A DNA stretch of 62,723 bases from a virus (Duplodnaviria; Caudoviricetes). The notes below the pieces were generated by a model. That model saw nothing but the letters and a program-made list of their open reading frames with translations, was not told the DNA's origin and made no database searches. This document shows, piece after piece, positions 29,364 through 38,853 of this stretch. The translations under genes were made by a program, and so were the position numbers. Within the stretch, counting starts at the first letter, position 1; every line of letters begins with the position of its first letter. Where the stretch lies: positions 1 through 62,723 of the IMG/VR virus record IMGVR_UViG_3300044700_000299; one strand, 5' to 3'.

Positions 29364-30308
29364 ATGATAGATACTTTTAATATAGTTGACGGTAGTCAAA
29401 ACAGACAAGTTTTTTACGCCAATGGTGTGAATTCATTCTATACTTGGATTAAGCCTCAAAATTGTCAATTCGTTCATTTCTTCATACTCGGAGGAGGTGG
29501 AGGAGGTGGTGGTGGTAACAGTGGTGGTACTGCAACTGCGAGACGTGGAGGTGGTAGTGGTGGTTCATCGGCAGGTATGAACGCTTTAGTTCCCGCATCT
29601 TACTTACCTGACCACCTTGACATTCAAGTTGGTAGTGGTGGTTCTGCGGGAATTGGTGGAACTACTAACAGTAACGGTGGTTCAGGAACATTATCTTATG
29701 TTTTAGTCGCTCCTGACACAGGAAAAACCGCATCAAATGTTTTATATCAAAGTGGAACTGCGGCTGCGGGTGGTGGTGCTTCAGGATTAAATGGTGGAAC
29801 TGCGGGAACTCAAGGAACTCTTTGGAGTGAAACGACAGGTATCTTCTCTGAATTTAGTTTAGTGCCGGCATTTGATGGATTGGCGGGTGTTTTAGGTCAA
29901 ACAACACCAACACCGAACTCAATTACTATTAGTGGGATAACAACACCGGGAGCTGCGGGTGCGGGAACGAATGGTGGAACCGCTCTAGCGGGAGGTTCCG
30001 TAATTGCGGGTGGTAATATCCCTACGATGACAGGTGGACCTGCGGGTGGTTCAGCGACTAGTACAACACCAGGTGGTAATGGTAGTGGTGGTTATATGTC
30101 GTTTACTCCAAACACTAATGGATATTCATCTGACCCTTTGGTTTTCTTAGGAGGTGCGGGTGGAGGTTCATCTGATGGTGGACAAGGAGGACAAGGAGGA
30201 CACGGAGCCTATGGTAGTGGTGGAGGTGGCGGTGGAGCCGGAATAACTAACCAAGGTGGTAATGGTGGTAGAGGTGGTGACGGATTAGTCATAATAACAT
30301 ATTGGTAA
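29364..30308 (+). CDS. Glycine-rich domain protein, paralogue 2
   Basis: Same architecture; ends GGDGLVIITYW. Confidence 0.8.
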   Translation: MIDTFNIVDGSQNRQVFYANGVNSFYTWIKPQNCQFVHFFILGGGGGGGGGNSGGTATARRGGGSGGSSAGMNALVPASYLPDHLDIQVGSGGSAGIGGTTNSNGGSGTLSYVLVAPDTGKTASNVLYQSGTAAAGGGASGLNGGTAGTQGTLWSETTGIFSEFSLVPAFDGLAGVLGQTTPTPNSITISGITTPGAAGAGTNGGTALAGGSVIAGGNIPTMTGGPAGGSATSTTPGGNGSGGYMSFTPNTNGYSSDPLVFLGGAGGGSSDGGQGGQGGHGAYGSGGGGGGAGITNQGGNGGRGGDGLVIITYW

Positions 30309-30314
30309 ATAATA

Positions 30315-31274
30315 ATGATAGATATATTTAACTTAGCCGGTAAAGAAAATAGTAATCAAGTTTTTAGTGTTAACTCATCAGGTTCAACAGGTTGGCAAAC
30401 TTGGTCAAAACCAAATAACGCATCATTCGTTTATATTTTATGTATAGGTGGTGGTGCTGGCGGTGGTGGTGGTCGTGGAAATAGTAACAACTCAGGAGCA
30501 GGAGGTGGTGGAGGTGGTTCTTCTGCCTTCGCCGCAGGTCTTTTTCCCGCGTCATTATTACCTGACACATTATTCGTTCAAGTAGGTAGAGGTGGTGTCG
30601 GAGGTGCTGGTGGTATCGTTAATGGTAATGGTGGAACAGGTGGTAGTGGAGAACATTCTTATGTGTCAGTAACACCATCAACCTCAACTACTGCGGTATT
30701 AATGAAAAATGGTGATGTAGCCCCAACAGGTGGTGGTGGTGGAACATCATCAGTTATTGGTACGGCAGGAGCTGCGGGTACAATATGGACTTACTCAACT
30801 TCATTTATATTTCCTCAGTTAGGACAAGTAAATCCTGTTGCGGGTCAAATCGGTGTTGTTGGTGGTTCAAGTGCCGGTGGTAATGGTAACTCAATTACAT
30901 TAATATCACCTGTTTCTGCGGGTGCTAGTGGTGGTGGAAACTCTGCGGGTGGTGCAACTGCAAATGGTGGTAACATTACAGGTACAGGTATAATACCTTC
31001 AATTAGTGGTGGAACTGCAAATTCCGCAACAGTAATTGATGGTGGTCACGGAATGGGAGACCAAGTTGATGGTGCAGGAGGTAATACTGATACCCCATTA
31101 TTTTACACAGGTGGTGCTGGTGGTGGTTCATCAAGTACTGCGAGTAGAGTTGGTGGATTTGGAGGTGATGGAGGTCACGGTTGTGGTGGTGGTGGTGGAG
31201 GTTCCGCACAAAACGCTGCCGGTGGTGGAGGAGGTGATGGAGGTCACGGATTAGTCATTATTACTTGTTGGTAG
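30315..31274 (+). CDS. Glycine-rich domain protein, paralogue 3
   Basis: Same architecture; ends GGHGLVIITCW. Confidence 0.8.
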   Translation: MIDIFNLAGKENSNQVFSVNSSGSTGWQTWSKPNNASFVYILCIGGGAGGGGGRGNSNNSGAGGGGGGSSAFAAGLFPASLLPDTLFVQVGRGGVGGAGGIVNGNGGTGGSGEHSYVSVTPSTSTTAVLMKNGDVAPTGGGGGTSSVIGTAGAAGTIWTYSTSFIFPQLGQVNPVAGQIGVVGGSSAGGNGNSITLISPVSAGASGGGNSAGGATANGGNITGTGIIPSISGGTANSATVIDGGHGMGDQVDGAGGNTDTPLFYTGGAGGGSSSTASRVGGFGGDGGHGCGGGGGGSAQNAAGGGGGDGGHGLVIITCW

Positions 31275-31303
31275 TTGACATTCCAACTCAAAAAATTTAT
31301 TAT
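31275..31303 (+). promoter_or_regulatory. sigma70-like promoter
   Basis: TTGACA-N17-TATTAT just upstream of ATG 31309. Confidence 0.55.
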
Positions 31304-31308
31304 TAAAT

Positions 31309-32172
31309 ATGGAAAAATATATTGGAAAAATTATAAACGGTAGTTGTATTGATGTTATGTCAGAGATGCCAATAAACTCGGTTGACTTGATTGTCACATC
31401 ACCCCCATACGGAGTAGGTATTGCTTATGATGTTCACGATGATGATGTATATTTTGAGGAGTATTTGAACTTCACTAAAGAATGGTTAACACAAGCCTAT
31501 CAAATATTAAAGGATGATGGTAGGATTGCTATCAACATACCTTATGAGATAAACAGACAAGACAAAGGTGGTAGAATTTTCTTTTGTTCTGAAGTTTATC
31601 AAGTAATGAAAAGAATCGGATATAAGTTCTTCGGTATTGTTGATTTGGAAGAAGACTCACCTCATCGAAGTAAAACAACGGCTTGGGGTAGTTGGATGTC
31701 CCCTTCAAGTCCTTACATTTATAATCCAAAAGAGTGTGTGATATTAGCATACAAACACAAACATATTAAAACAGTAAAAGGGGAACCACAATGGAAAGGT
31801 GTCCCAACAGAGATTGAACAAGAAGATGGAACAGTTAAGAAAAAAGTCGTCTATGATGAAATGGATAAGAAAGAGTTTATGGAATTGGTTTTTGGTCAGT
31901 GGAAATATTTTGCGGACACTAAATCGTTAACTAAAGCGACTTTCTCTATGGACATTCCAACAAAGGCCATAAAAATATTATCATATAAAAATGATGTTAT
32001 ATTGGACCCATTCGCGGGTTCAGGGACAAGTATGGTTGCTGCTGAGATATTAGATAGAAGATGGGTTGGTATTGAATTATCCCCAAATTATGCTGAGATA
32101 GCACGGAATCGGGTCCAAGGATTTGTGGAACAAAAGAAACAATCTGTAATGGAATTTGAAAAGGGGGAATAA
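31309..32172 (+). CDS. DNA N4-cytosine/N6-adenine methyltransferase (beta class)
   Basis: VDLIVTSPPY near N-terminus, LDPFAGSGT near C-terminus. Confidence 0.9.
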   Translation: MEKYIGKIINGSCIDVMSEMPINSVDLIVTSPPYGVGIAYDVHDDDVYFEEYLNFTKEWLTQAYQILKDDGRIAINIPYEINRQDKGGRIFFCSEVYQVMKRIGYKFFGIVDLEEDSPHRSKTTAWGSWMSPSSPYIYNPKECVILAYKHKHIKTVKGEPQWKGVPTEIEQEDGTVKKKVVYDEMDKKEFMELVFGQWKYFADTKSLTKATFSMDIPTKAIKILSYKNDVILDPFAGSGTSMVAAEILDRRWVGIELSPNYAEIARNRVQGFVEQKKQSVMEFEKGE

Positions 32173-32188
32173 AAATCCCCCTTTTTTT
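32159..32188 (+). terminator. Intrinsic terminator
   Basis: AAAAGGGGGA...TCCCCCTTTTTTT. Confidence 0.75.
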
Positions 32189-32218
32189 GTTTTCATAATA
32201 TTTATAATAAAAAATGTT

Positions 32219-33292
32219 ATGAGTCATTATATTATAAATAAACACGAATTTAAAAGTGTTGTTAATAAAATTTACACAGAAGAACAAACAAAAATTATAA
32301 ACGAACATTGGAATCGTTTAACTGAATCTGAAAAAATATTTGCAATTGAAATTCTAAAAGTAATATATCCTGAGAAATCTAAACAAATTAATGAGGCAAC
32401 AGGTTGGAATACCTTTTTTGATTTTGTAGGTATTCTCGACCCATCAGGAGCCGTTGACTTTTTTAATGGTCTTAGTTATTGGTCTCAAGGTGATAGATTG
32501 TTTGCGATTTTATCGTGGGTATCGGTTATACCTTATTTAGGTGATATGTTAGCCAAACCTGTTATTGGTTTATTAAAAATTGGGGGTGATAGTATTAAAG
32601 CTTTTAGAGCGGCGACAGTTGCGGGGGATGCGGTTAAGATTGCTGAAACTGCGAGTAAATCAGGTGGTATTGTTGCTAAGTTTGTTGAAAAATCACCGTC
32701 TTGGGGTGCTAAATTACTTGAAATATTAGATAAAGCAGCACTTAAACACCCTTCAATTAAAAGATTAATCAAGTTAGTTCGTGAGTATATTAGTTTGTTT
32801 GTTTCAGCGGGAAAAGAAATGAAGGCTGGAAGTACTTTGGCTAAAGGTCTTGGGACTGCTGAAAAAGAAACTTTAAAACAAACGTTCAGAGGTTTTAGAG
32901 ATTTTGGGGGATTTAAAAATAAATACTTTAAATACATATTCTCCAAAGATGTTCCTATGTGGAATAAATTTGCTGCGGGTATGCCTCGAGCATTTGGTGG
33001 TAATCCGGCTGTTAGGTCATTAATGAGACGAACTAAGTGGTATTTAGGATTTCTTGATTTCTTAGGTATTGCTGATACTAAAACAACACCTGATGAATTA
33101 TTGAAGAAACACCCTGAACTTTCGAATAAAATTAATGAATATAATAAGACAACTGATGCACAACAAAATTGGAGTCAAGATTTTGGTTCAGGCGAGGGTG
33201 AGGTAACTCAACAATCTGATGGTGGTATAGATATAAAAAATATTACGGGAATTAACCCATTAGAAGTTTTTTTAAACCCTTTGTTTAAATAA
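32219..33292 (+). CDS. Putative virion-delivered protein with pre-toxin-TG-like hydrophobic hairpin
   Basis: TATTTAT at 32199; D.VGI.DP.G..D..NG..Y...GD...A.LS...IP..GD motif. Confidence 0.6.
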   Translation: MSHYIINKHEFKSVVNKIYTEEQTKIINEHWNRLTESEKIFAIEILKVIYPEKSKQINEATGWNTFFDFVGILDPSGAVDFFNGLSYWSQGDRLFAILSWVSVIPYLGDMLAKPVIGLLKIGGDSIKAFRAATVAGDAVKIAETASKSGGIVAKFVEKSPSWGAKLLEILDKAALKHPSIKRLIKLVREYISLFVSAGKEMKAGSTLAKGLGTAEKETLKQTFRGFRDFGGFKNKYFKYIFSKDVPMWNKFAAGMPRAFGGNPAVRSLMRRTKWYLGFLDFLGIADTKTTPDELLKKHPELSNKINEYNKTTDAQQNWSQDFGSGEGEVTQQSDGGIDIKNITGINPLEVFLNPLFK

Positions 33293-34737
33293 TGAAAAAA
33301 ATAGTAAGATTAAGTGAGAATCAAATGACTGAGGTCGTTAAACGAATGTTAATTGAATCAGGAATTCGTGATATAAATAAAATTGCTGACAGATACCAAA
33401 AGGCTAAGATATATTTTCACCAAGATTTAGATGGTGTTACAACCGCGATTGCAATGAAAGAGTATTTAGCTCAATACGGAATTAAAACAGTTGATTGTGA
33501 GGTAATACAATATGGTGATAAAGAATGGTCTATTAAAAAACCTGAAGGTAGTGGTGATGTTATGCCGGTATTGGTTGACTTTGCTCACGGTAAACCAATG
33601 TTTGTTATTCATACGGACCACCACGATACTCAAGCGGGTGTTGAATCAGGGACTGCAACAAACTTTAGGTCGTCAAGGTCTAATGTTGAAACTATATCAC
33701 AATCAATATCACCGAAAGAATTATTCCCAACTGAAGATTTAACATTAATATCAACAGTTGACTCGGCGAATTTCGCACCAAATGATATAACAGTTGATGA
33801 GGTAAATAATTACATCTTCAACTTAGATAAAGAAAAATCAGTTCCAAAAAACAAAATGGCTCTTGGTTTAACAATTAATAAATTATTATTGGCGTTTAAA
33901 AACAAACCTGGATTCTTAGAAGAATTGGTTATGGAATCAACACCATCTTTACTTAATATCTTAACTAACATTAAGAGGATTATGAAAGAGAAGGGATTTG
34001 CGTCAGTTGATGTTTTACAACAAAATAGGGACAACTACGTTCAATCAATGAAGAATCATCCTAACGTTAAAGTTATGGATAATATCATCGTTCAATACGG
34101 TGGTGGTAATATGATGAAACCTGGTTCATATGATAGGTATACACCATTTAAGAATAATCCTGAAGCTGACTTTATAGTTATTGCTTGGCCGTTGGGGTTA
34201 GTTCAAGCATCTTGTAACCCATTTAAAAAAGAGAGAGCATTGAAAGGTGTTAATTTAGGTGAGGTTAAAGATGAGGTATTATCTAAATGGGAAACACAAT
34301 TAAAACAAAAAGAAATTCCATTATCTACAATCAAATGGGTGTCTGAGAACAAATTAAATACTGAGTCAGTTGGATTTACGTTTAAAGATTTTGAAGCTTT
34401 GTATGGTGAAAAATTCAGTAAGATTAACAACGGACCTGAATTACTAAACATTATTAATAATATAATGCAAAAACCATATAATAGTTTAAGTGATAAACAA
34501 AAATCTATTATGGAGAAAGTAACTGTTAGTGCTTGGGATATAATTCAGGCTAATAGTGGTGGTCACAAATGTATTACAAATATATCAGGTCTTAGTTATT
34601 TAGGTAAGAACCCACAAAAATCTTTTGGTGGGGGTGGTTACCAAAAAAGTGAAGAAGATTCACCATCGGTTAAGTTTACCAAAATGATTCAAAATGAATT
34701 TGTAAGAGTCTTACAACAAAAAATACAAGAAGGTTAA
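33292..34737 (+). CDS. DHH-family phosphoesterase-like protein
   Basis: HQDLDG, LVDF, TDHH, D motif, GGH near C-terminus. Confidence 0.75.
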   Translation: MKKIVRLSENQMTEVVKRMLIESGIRDINKIADRYQKAKIYFHQDLDGVTTAIAMKEYLAQYGIKTVDCEVIQYGDKEWSIKKPEGSGDVMPVLVDFAHGKPMFVIHTDHHDTQAGVESGTATNFRSSRSNVETISQSISPKELFPTEDLTLISTVDSANFAPNDITVDEVNNYIFNLDKEKSVPKNKMALGLTINKLLLAFKNKPGFLEELVMESTPSLLNILTNIKRIMKEKGFASVDVLQQNRDNYVQSMKNHPNVKVMDNIIVQYGGGNMMKPGSYDRYTPFKNNPEADFIVIAWPLGLVQASCNPFKKERALKGVNLGEVKDEVLSKWETQLKQKEIPLSTIKWVSENKLNTESVGFTFKDFEALYGEKFSKINNGPELLNIINNIMQKPYNSLSDKQKSIMEKVTVSAWDIIQANSGGHKCITNISGLSYLGKNPQKSFGGGGYQKSEEDSPSVKFTKMIQNEFVRVLQQKIQEG

Positions 34738-35075
34738 AATTCTATTCGGTCGTCAAGTTTAATACCTAAACGTTTGCATGTTCCACCTTTAACTTCTAAA
34801 ATCATATCACCTTCACCACAATAGTTTCCACAATCTTTTGATTTACAAGGGGGACAATTGTGGTGGATGTTTGATATCATACCATCTTTAATAAAGATAA
34901 TATCCAAAGGAATTACACAATTTTTCATCCAAAAACAATGGTCGGTGTCGTCCATTAAAAATAACATACCTTGATTAGGTGATGTGAACTTTTTCCCCAT
35001 CATACCGGTTGATTTATCCTTGGGGGTAATCATAGTTTTTACTACAAACTTGTTATTATTAATTCGAATATTCAT
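34734..35075 (-). CDS. DUF192 family protein
   Basis: GMLF, FWMKN..IPLDIIF, LEV.GG. Confidence 0.88.
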   Translation of the reverse strand: MNIRINNNKFVVKTMITPKDKSTGMMGKKFTSPNQGMLFLMDDTDHCFWMKNCVIPLDIIFIKDGMISNIHHNCPPCKSKDCGNYCGEGDMILEVKGGTCKRLGIKLDDRIEF

Positions 35076-35122
35076 ATCTATAAATATTGTGTGGTTAAAT
35101 AAAATTAACTATATTTGTTTCT

Positions 35123-35557
35123 ATGAAATCGAAAGTGAATTTAGTTAACAAGAAAGTTAAGTTTGAATACTTTTTCGTTGAGACATTTGTCGTTGGGATT
35201 AAACTACAGGGTTCTGAAGTTAAATCAATCAGTGATTCAAAAGTTTCAATGACTGACACGTATTGTTACTTTAAGAATGGTGAGTTATATGTTAAAGGAT
35301 TAAACATTACTAGTTCTAATGTATCTTATGCTCACGAACCTACGAGGGAACGTAAATTGTTAATGAAGAAAAAAGAATTACGTAAACTTGAGAACGAATT
35401 AATTAATGGGTTAACCATTGTTCCGTATAGATTGTATCGTAATGAGACCGGATTGATTAAGATGGAGATTGTGTTAGCCAAAGGTAAGAAGTTGTGGGAT
35501 AAGAGAGATTCAATTAAAGAACGAGATATAAATAGAGAGTTAAAACGAGGTTTATGA
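35123..35557 (+). CDS. smpB: SsrA-binding protein SmpB
   Basis: NKK..FEY, GI.LQGSEVKS, H.P.RERKLL, G.TIVP, AKGKK..DKR. Confidence 0.93.
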   Translation: MKSKVNLVNKKVKFEYFFVETFVVGIKLQGSEVKSISDSKVSMTDTYCYFKNGELYVKGLNITSSNVSYAHEPTRERKLLMKKKELRKLENELINGLTIVPYRLYRNETGLIKMEIVLAKGKKLWDKRDSIKERDINRELKRGL

Positions 35558-35793
35558 CAAAGGTATTAAAAGGTAAAATAGTTCACCAAGGTGGTGAACT
35601 AATGGTTGAACATTCACCAAAGAAAATATTTGGTGAGTTAAGAGGTAGTACTGTTGAAAAAGTATTTTACAGTTATGACATTCTTGACCCATTCACTGAA
35701 CACGATTTAAAGGAGGGTGATGAGGTTGAATTTGTTTTTGAATTATATATTGATAACGGAGGTTCATTTAAATTTTGTGAAATAGTAAAATAG
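35554..35793 (+). CDS. Hypothetical protein
   Basis: ATGA overlap with smpB. Confidence 0.55.
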   Translation: MTKVLKGKIVHQGGELMVEHSPKKIFGELRGSTVEKVFYSYDILDPFTEHDLKEGDEVEFVFELYIDNGGSFKFCEIVK

Positions 35794-35822
35794 TATTATA
35801 TTTGTTGAAATAATTAAAGGAT

Positions 35823-35936
35823 ATGAAAACAATAGAGATAACACCACAAGAATTAAGAATGGCGACAAGACCTAACATCTATCGTAATAAGAAAAAATAT
35901 TTTAGAAAGAGTAAGCACAAGAACACAGAAAATTAG
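35823..35936 (+). CDS. 37-aa basic peptide, ArfA-like C-terminal motif, not in ORF track
   Basis: MKTIEITPQELRMATRPNIYRNKKKYFRKSKHKNTEN; own TTTG-N19-TATATTTG promoter (35774-35804). Confidence 0.65.
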   Translation: MKTIEITPQELRMATRPNIYRNKKKYFRKSKHKNTEN

Positions 35937-35966
35937 TATATTTGTTGAACATTTAAAATTTGAGAT

Positions 35967-36245
35967 ATGGTAATTAATAGTTTTCATAACATTAAAATAG
36001 AACACGAAAAGTTTGGGATTGTATTAAATGAGACATTCATTGATGGAACACAATTCAAACTATTCCTTAAAGCGATTCACGGGTGTTTAGTTGAGAAAGA
36101 GGATTTGACATTCTTCAACGGAACAGACTTCTTAGTTCACGTTCCATTTAAACATTTGGTTGATTCAATAATCAAAACAGGTAAGACTGAGTATACCTCA
36201 TCTGACCACGTTAAAAGTAAAATTGAAGCGTTAGTTACAAAATGA
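35967..36245 (+). CDS. Hypothetical protein
   Basis: TATATTTG at 35937. Confidence 0.65.
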   Translation: MVINSFHNIKIEHEKFGIVLNETFIDGTQFKLFLKAIHGCLVEKEDLTFFNGTDFLVHVPFKHLVDSIIKTGKTEYTSSDHVKSKIEALVTK

Positions 36246-36691
36246 TTAGATTAATTTACATATTGTTGGTGGTGTTGGGGGTGAGTTCTTGTTATAAAGA
36301 AGACCCCCAACCAAAAGAGAGTAAACCTATCATCACATATCCATATGTGACAGACACAGTTACAGATTCAATACCAACATTGAAAGGTACGACTTGGGTA
36401 TTAACGGGAATTAGAATTGGGGGAATAGGTAATCCTCAAACAGTTAGTGATACATTACATTTCATTACCAACACTAGTTATAAGTATAACGGATATAGTT
36501 CAAAATATTCGTTGTATTACACAGGTGGTGGTTTTAATATGACGATTAACGGAACGTCTTGGGGTAATTTAAGTGGGACAATCTACGAATACAATTTAAA
36601 GAGTGGTAAGATTGAAGGTTTAAAGTTCATTGATATAACACCAGGTTCGAGTAATCAAACAAATTATTTTCTTTGGATGAATAAAATCTGA
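36242..36691 (+). CDS. Lipoprotein
   Basis: Signal peptide with VSS-C lipobox; LKGTTW lipocalin-like start. Confidence 0.7.
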   Translation: MIRLIYILLVVLGVSSCYKEDPQPKESKPIITYPYVTDTVTDSIPTLKGTTWVLTGIRIGGIGNPQTVSDTLHFITNTSYKYNGYSSKYSLYYTGGGFNMTINGTSWGNLSGTIYEYNLKSGKIEGLKFIDITPGSSNQTNYFLWMNKI

Positions 36692-36739
36692 TTGATAGTT
36701 TGAAATATAATGTGTAAGTTTGTTAACAATTAAAAATCT

Positions 36740-36985
36740 ATGAGTTATGAAATGAAAAGTTGGTTAAATTTAAGTAGTAATGGTTGGTTGGTATTAGCCT
36801 CTACGATTGTCTACATCAGTGTCCTTACAATAATATTTGAATATGTTATTAGTAGAGAATTTCCGATGTTCTTACAAATGATATCAGTGTTTTTTGGGTT
36901 ATTTTACACTGTGTTCCAATTAAAAACAATTACCCGATATGTTATAAATTTATTTAATTTTAAAGAAAAAGAAGAAGAAATATGA
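36740..36985 (+). CDS. Two-TM membrane protein
   Basis: Hydrophobic; TAAGTTTG at 36715. Confidence 0.65.
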   Translation: MSYEMKSWLNLSSNGWLVLASTIVYISVLTIIFEYVISREFPMFLQMISVFFGLFYTVFQLKTITRYVINLFNFKEKEEEI

Positions 36986-37884
36986 TTACAATTATTTTAT
37001 TAGTAGTGAGTTTGATTATCGCGGGTGTGATGATTTTTAAAGGTATCACCAATGATGATACTGTGAGTTTAAGAAATGGGATTATCTTTGGTGTATTGGG
37101 GATTGTTATCTCATTAATTCAACCATTCTCAACTGAAAGAGTTGATACCGGTAATGTTGGTATCAAAGTTAATTTAACAGGTGATGCTCGTGGTGTGTCA
37201 AAATATGAGTACAAAACAGGTTGGGTTGTTTATAACACTTGGACTGAAACAATGTATGAGTTCCCTGTGTTTCAGCAACACATTGAGTATGGTGACCAAT
37301 TGGTTATTACTAAGGGTGGATTTACAACAACAATTAATCCAACGTTTAACTATAAATTAAAATCTACTACAGTTGGGGATATGTTCCAAAACTTGAGATT
37401 ACCGATTAAAGAAGTGGAACAAGGATGGTTGAAAAACGCAATTGTTGGAGCGGTGAATGACGTGGCGAATACTTGGTCTGTCGATAGTATCTTTAACCAC
37501 CGTGAAAACTTTGAGTCTAATATTGTTGTCGAATGTAATAAACGATTGATTAAATGGTTTGACGTATCTCAATTGAGAACTAACATTACACCTCCTGAGG
37601 CGTTACAAGAATCTATCATCGCAAAAACAAGAGCTATCCAACAAGCTGAAGCGTCTAAACAACAGGCGATTGCTGCTCAGGCTGACGGTCAACGTAAAGT
37701 TGCGGTTGCAAAGGCTGACTCCGCAGAGACTGTCATCAACGCATCCGCTAAGGCAAGAGCGATGGATTTAACACAACAAAAGTTAACCCCTTTGTATGTT
37801 GAATACAAGAAAATTGAGAAATGGGACGGACAATTACCGACAACTATGGCGGGTGGTTCAGGAACATTCTTGAATATAAAATAA
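36982..37884 (+). CDS. SPFH/Band 7 domain membrane protein
   Basis: Two TM helices, RVD.G.VGI, A/Q-rich coiled coil, IEKWDG.LP. Confidence 0.88.
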   Translation: MITIILLVVSLIIAGVMIFKGITNDDTVSLRNGIIFGVLGIVISLIQPFSTERVDTGNVGIKVNLTGDARGVSKYEYKTGWVVYNTWTETMYEFPVFQQHIEYGDQLVITKGGFTTTINPTFNYKLKSTTVGDMFQNLRLPIKEVEQGWLKNAIVGAVNDVANTWSVDSIFNHRENFESNIVVECNKRLIKWFDVSQLRTNITPPEALQESIIAKTRAIQQAEASKQQAIAAQADGQRKVAVAKADSAETVINASAKARAMDLTQQKLTPLYVEYKKIEKWDGQLPTTMAGGSGTFLNIK

Positions 37885-37899
37885 GAATCTTAACACAAT

Positions 37900-37927
37900 A
37901 TGGTAACGACAATGGTGTCGTTACCAT
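37900..37927. repeat. Perfect 12-bp inverted repeat without a U tract
   Basis: ATGGTAACGACA-atgg-TGTCGTTACCAT. Confidence 0.85.
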
Positions 37928-37957
37928 TAATAACCAATAACCCCAAAACTTATAGAT

Positions 37958-38473
37958 ATGAAATTAGATGTGTCAAACTTATTATTAAACGAATTAGTTG
38001 AACTTAGAGATAAAATCAACGGAATGATTTGGGAATATAATGATGGGCACATCTACATCTGTAAGGTTAGGTCTTATGGTCGTAATTGGGAAGAAAAAGG
38101 TATTACGAATGTAAAAACATTACAGGAATTGTGTTATGAATATTGTGGTGAAGATGGTATTGTTGATGTTTACACAACTAATACTGACTTAGGTGAAGGT
38201 TTTTATAATTATGGAGATACTAAAGTGATAAAATCACTTGAAGATTACGAGAAGTGGAATAAACACAAATCATTGACTCTTAATATTCAAAGGGTTGAAC
38301 AAGAATTAATTGATGACGCTGAGGACCAAGAGAGACCGTTTAATCAACGACGTTCTCATTTTAGAACATCCTACACTCAGGAAATGATTGATGAATTGAA
38401 GGAAGATATAAAAAACCTTCCGATGGACTTTGAACCTCCAAAAAATTATTTTCAGTATGAAGATGCTGAGTAA
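37958..38473 (+). CDS. Hypothetical protein
   Basis: Clean ORF. Confidence 0.65.
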   Translation: MKLDVSNLLLNELVELRDKINGMIWEYNDGHIYICKVRSYGRNWEEKGITNVKTLQELCYEYCGEDGIVDVYTTNTDLGEGFYNYGDTKVIKSLEDYEKWNKHKSLTLNIQRVEQELIDDAEDQERPFNQRRSHFRTSYTQEMIDELKEDIKNLPMDFEPPKNYFQYEDAE

Positions 38474-38514
38474 TTGAAAATTTGTTTATATTTGTATATA
38501 TAAAACAAACGGAT

Positions 38515-38739
38515 ATGAACTCAGAAGTATTGGCAACATTAGTTATAGTAGGTTTTGGTGGGTATATGATTTTCAAATTTTGGAAGAGTATATTAAAACT
38601 GATAATAGGTTTATTATGTTTTTGTGTCGTGTATACTTACTTTTCATTGAAAAAGTATTTTGATGGTTCGAATGAAGGTAAACATAAAATAGAACAAGTT
38701 GTTGAGGAAACTGTTAGACAATCAACACCTGGTTATTAA
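38515..38739 (+). CDS. Small membrane protein
   Basis: TATATTTG at 38487 favours the MNSEV start; two hydrophobic segments. Confidence 0.6.
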   Translation: MNSEVLATLVIVGFGGYMIFKFWKSILKLIIGLLCFCVVYTYFSLKKYFDGSNEGKHKIEQVVEETVRQSTPGY

Positions 38740-38795
38740 GAAAAAACGTTTCTTTGTATCGTATAACAAAGTGGTGGATGTGCCTTTACGGCCCC

Positions 38796-38823
38796 AAAGG
38801 GAGATTTCGGTCTCCCTTTTTTT
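38796..38823 (+). terminator. Intrinsic terminator with UUCG loop
   Basis: AAAGGGAGAT-TTCG-GTCTCCCTTTTTTT. Confidence 0.8.
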
Positions 38824-38853
38824 ATTTAATGATATTTATAAATAAAAACGATT

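Noticed and set aside
28437-31274. Diversity-generating retroelement or collagen repeats
   Set aside because: No reverse transcriptase, no near-identical TR/VR pair with adenine-specific differences, no Gly-X-Y periodicity
32156-32218. N-terminal extension MKRGNKNPPFF
   Set aside because: Translates a terminator hairpin; better start at 32219
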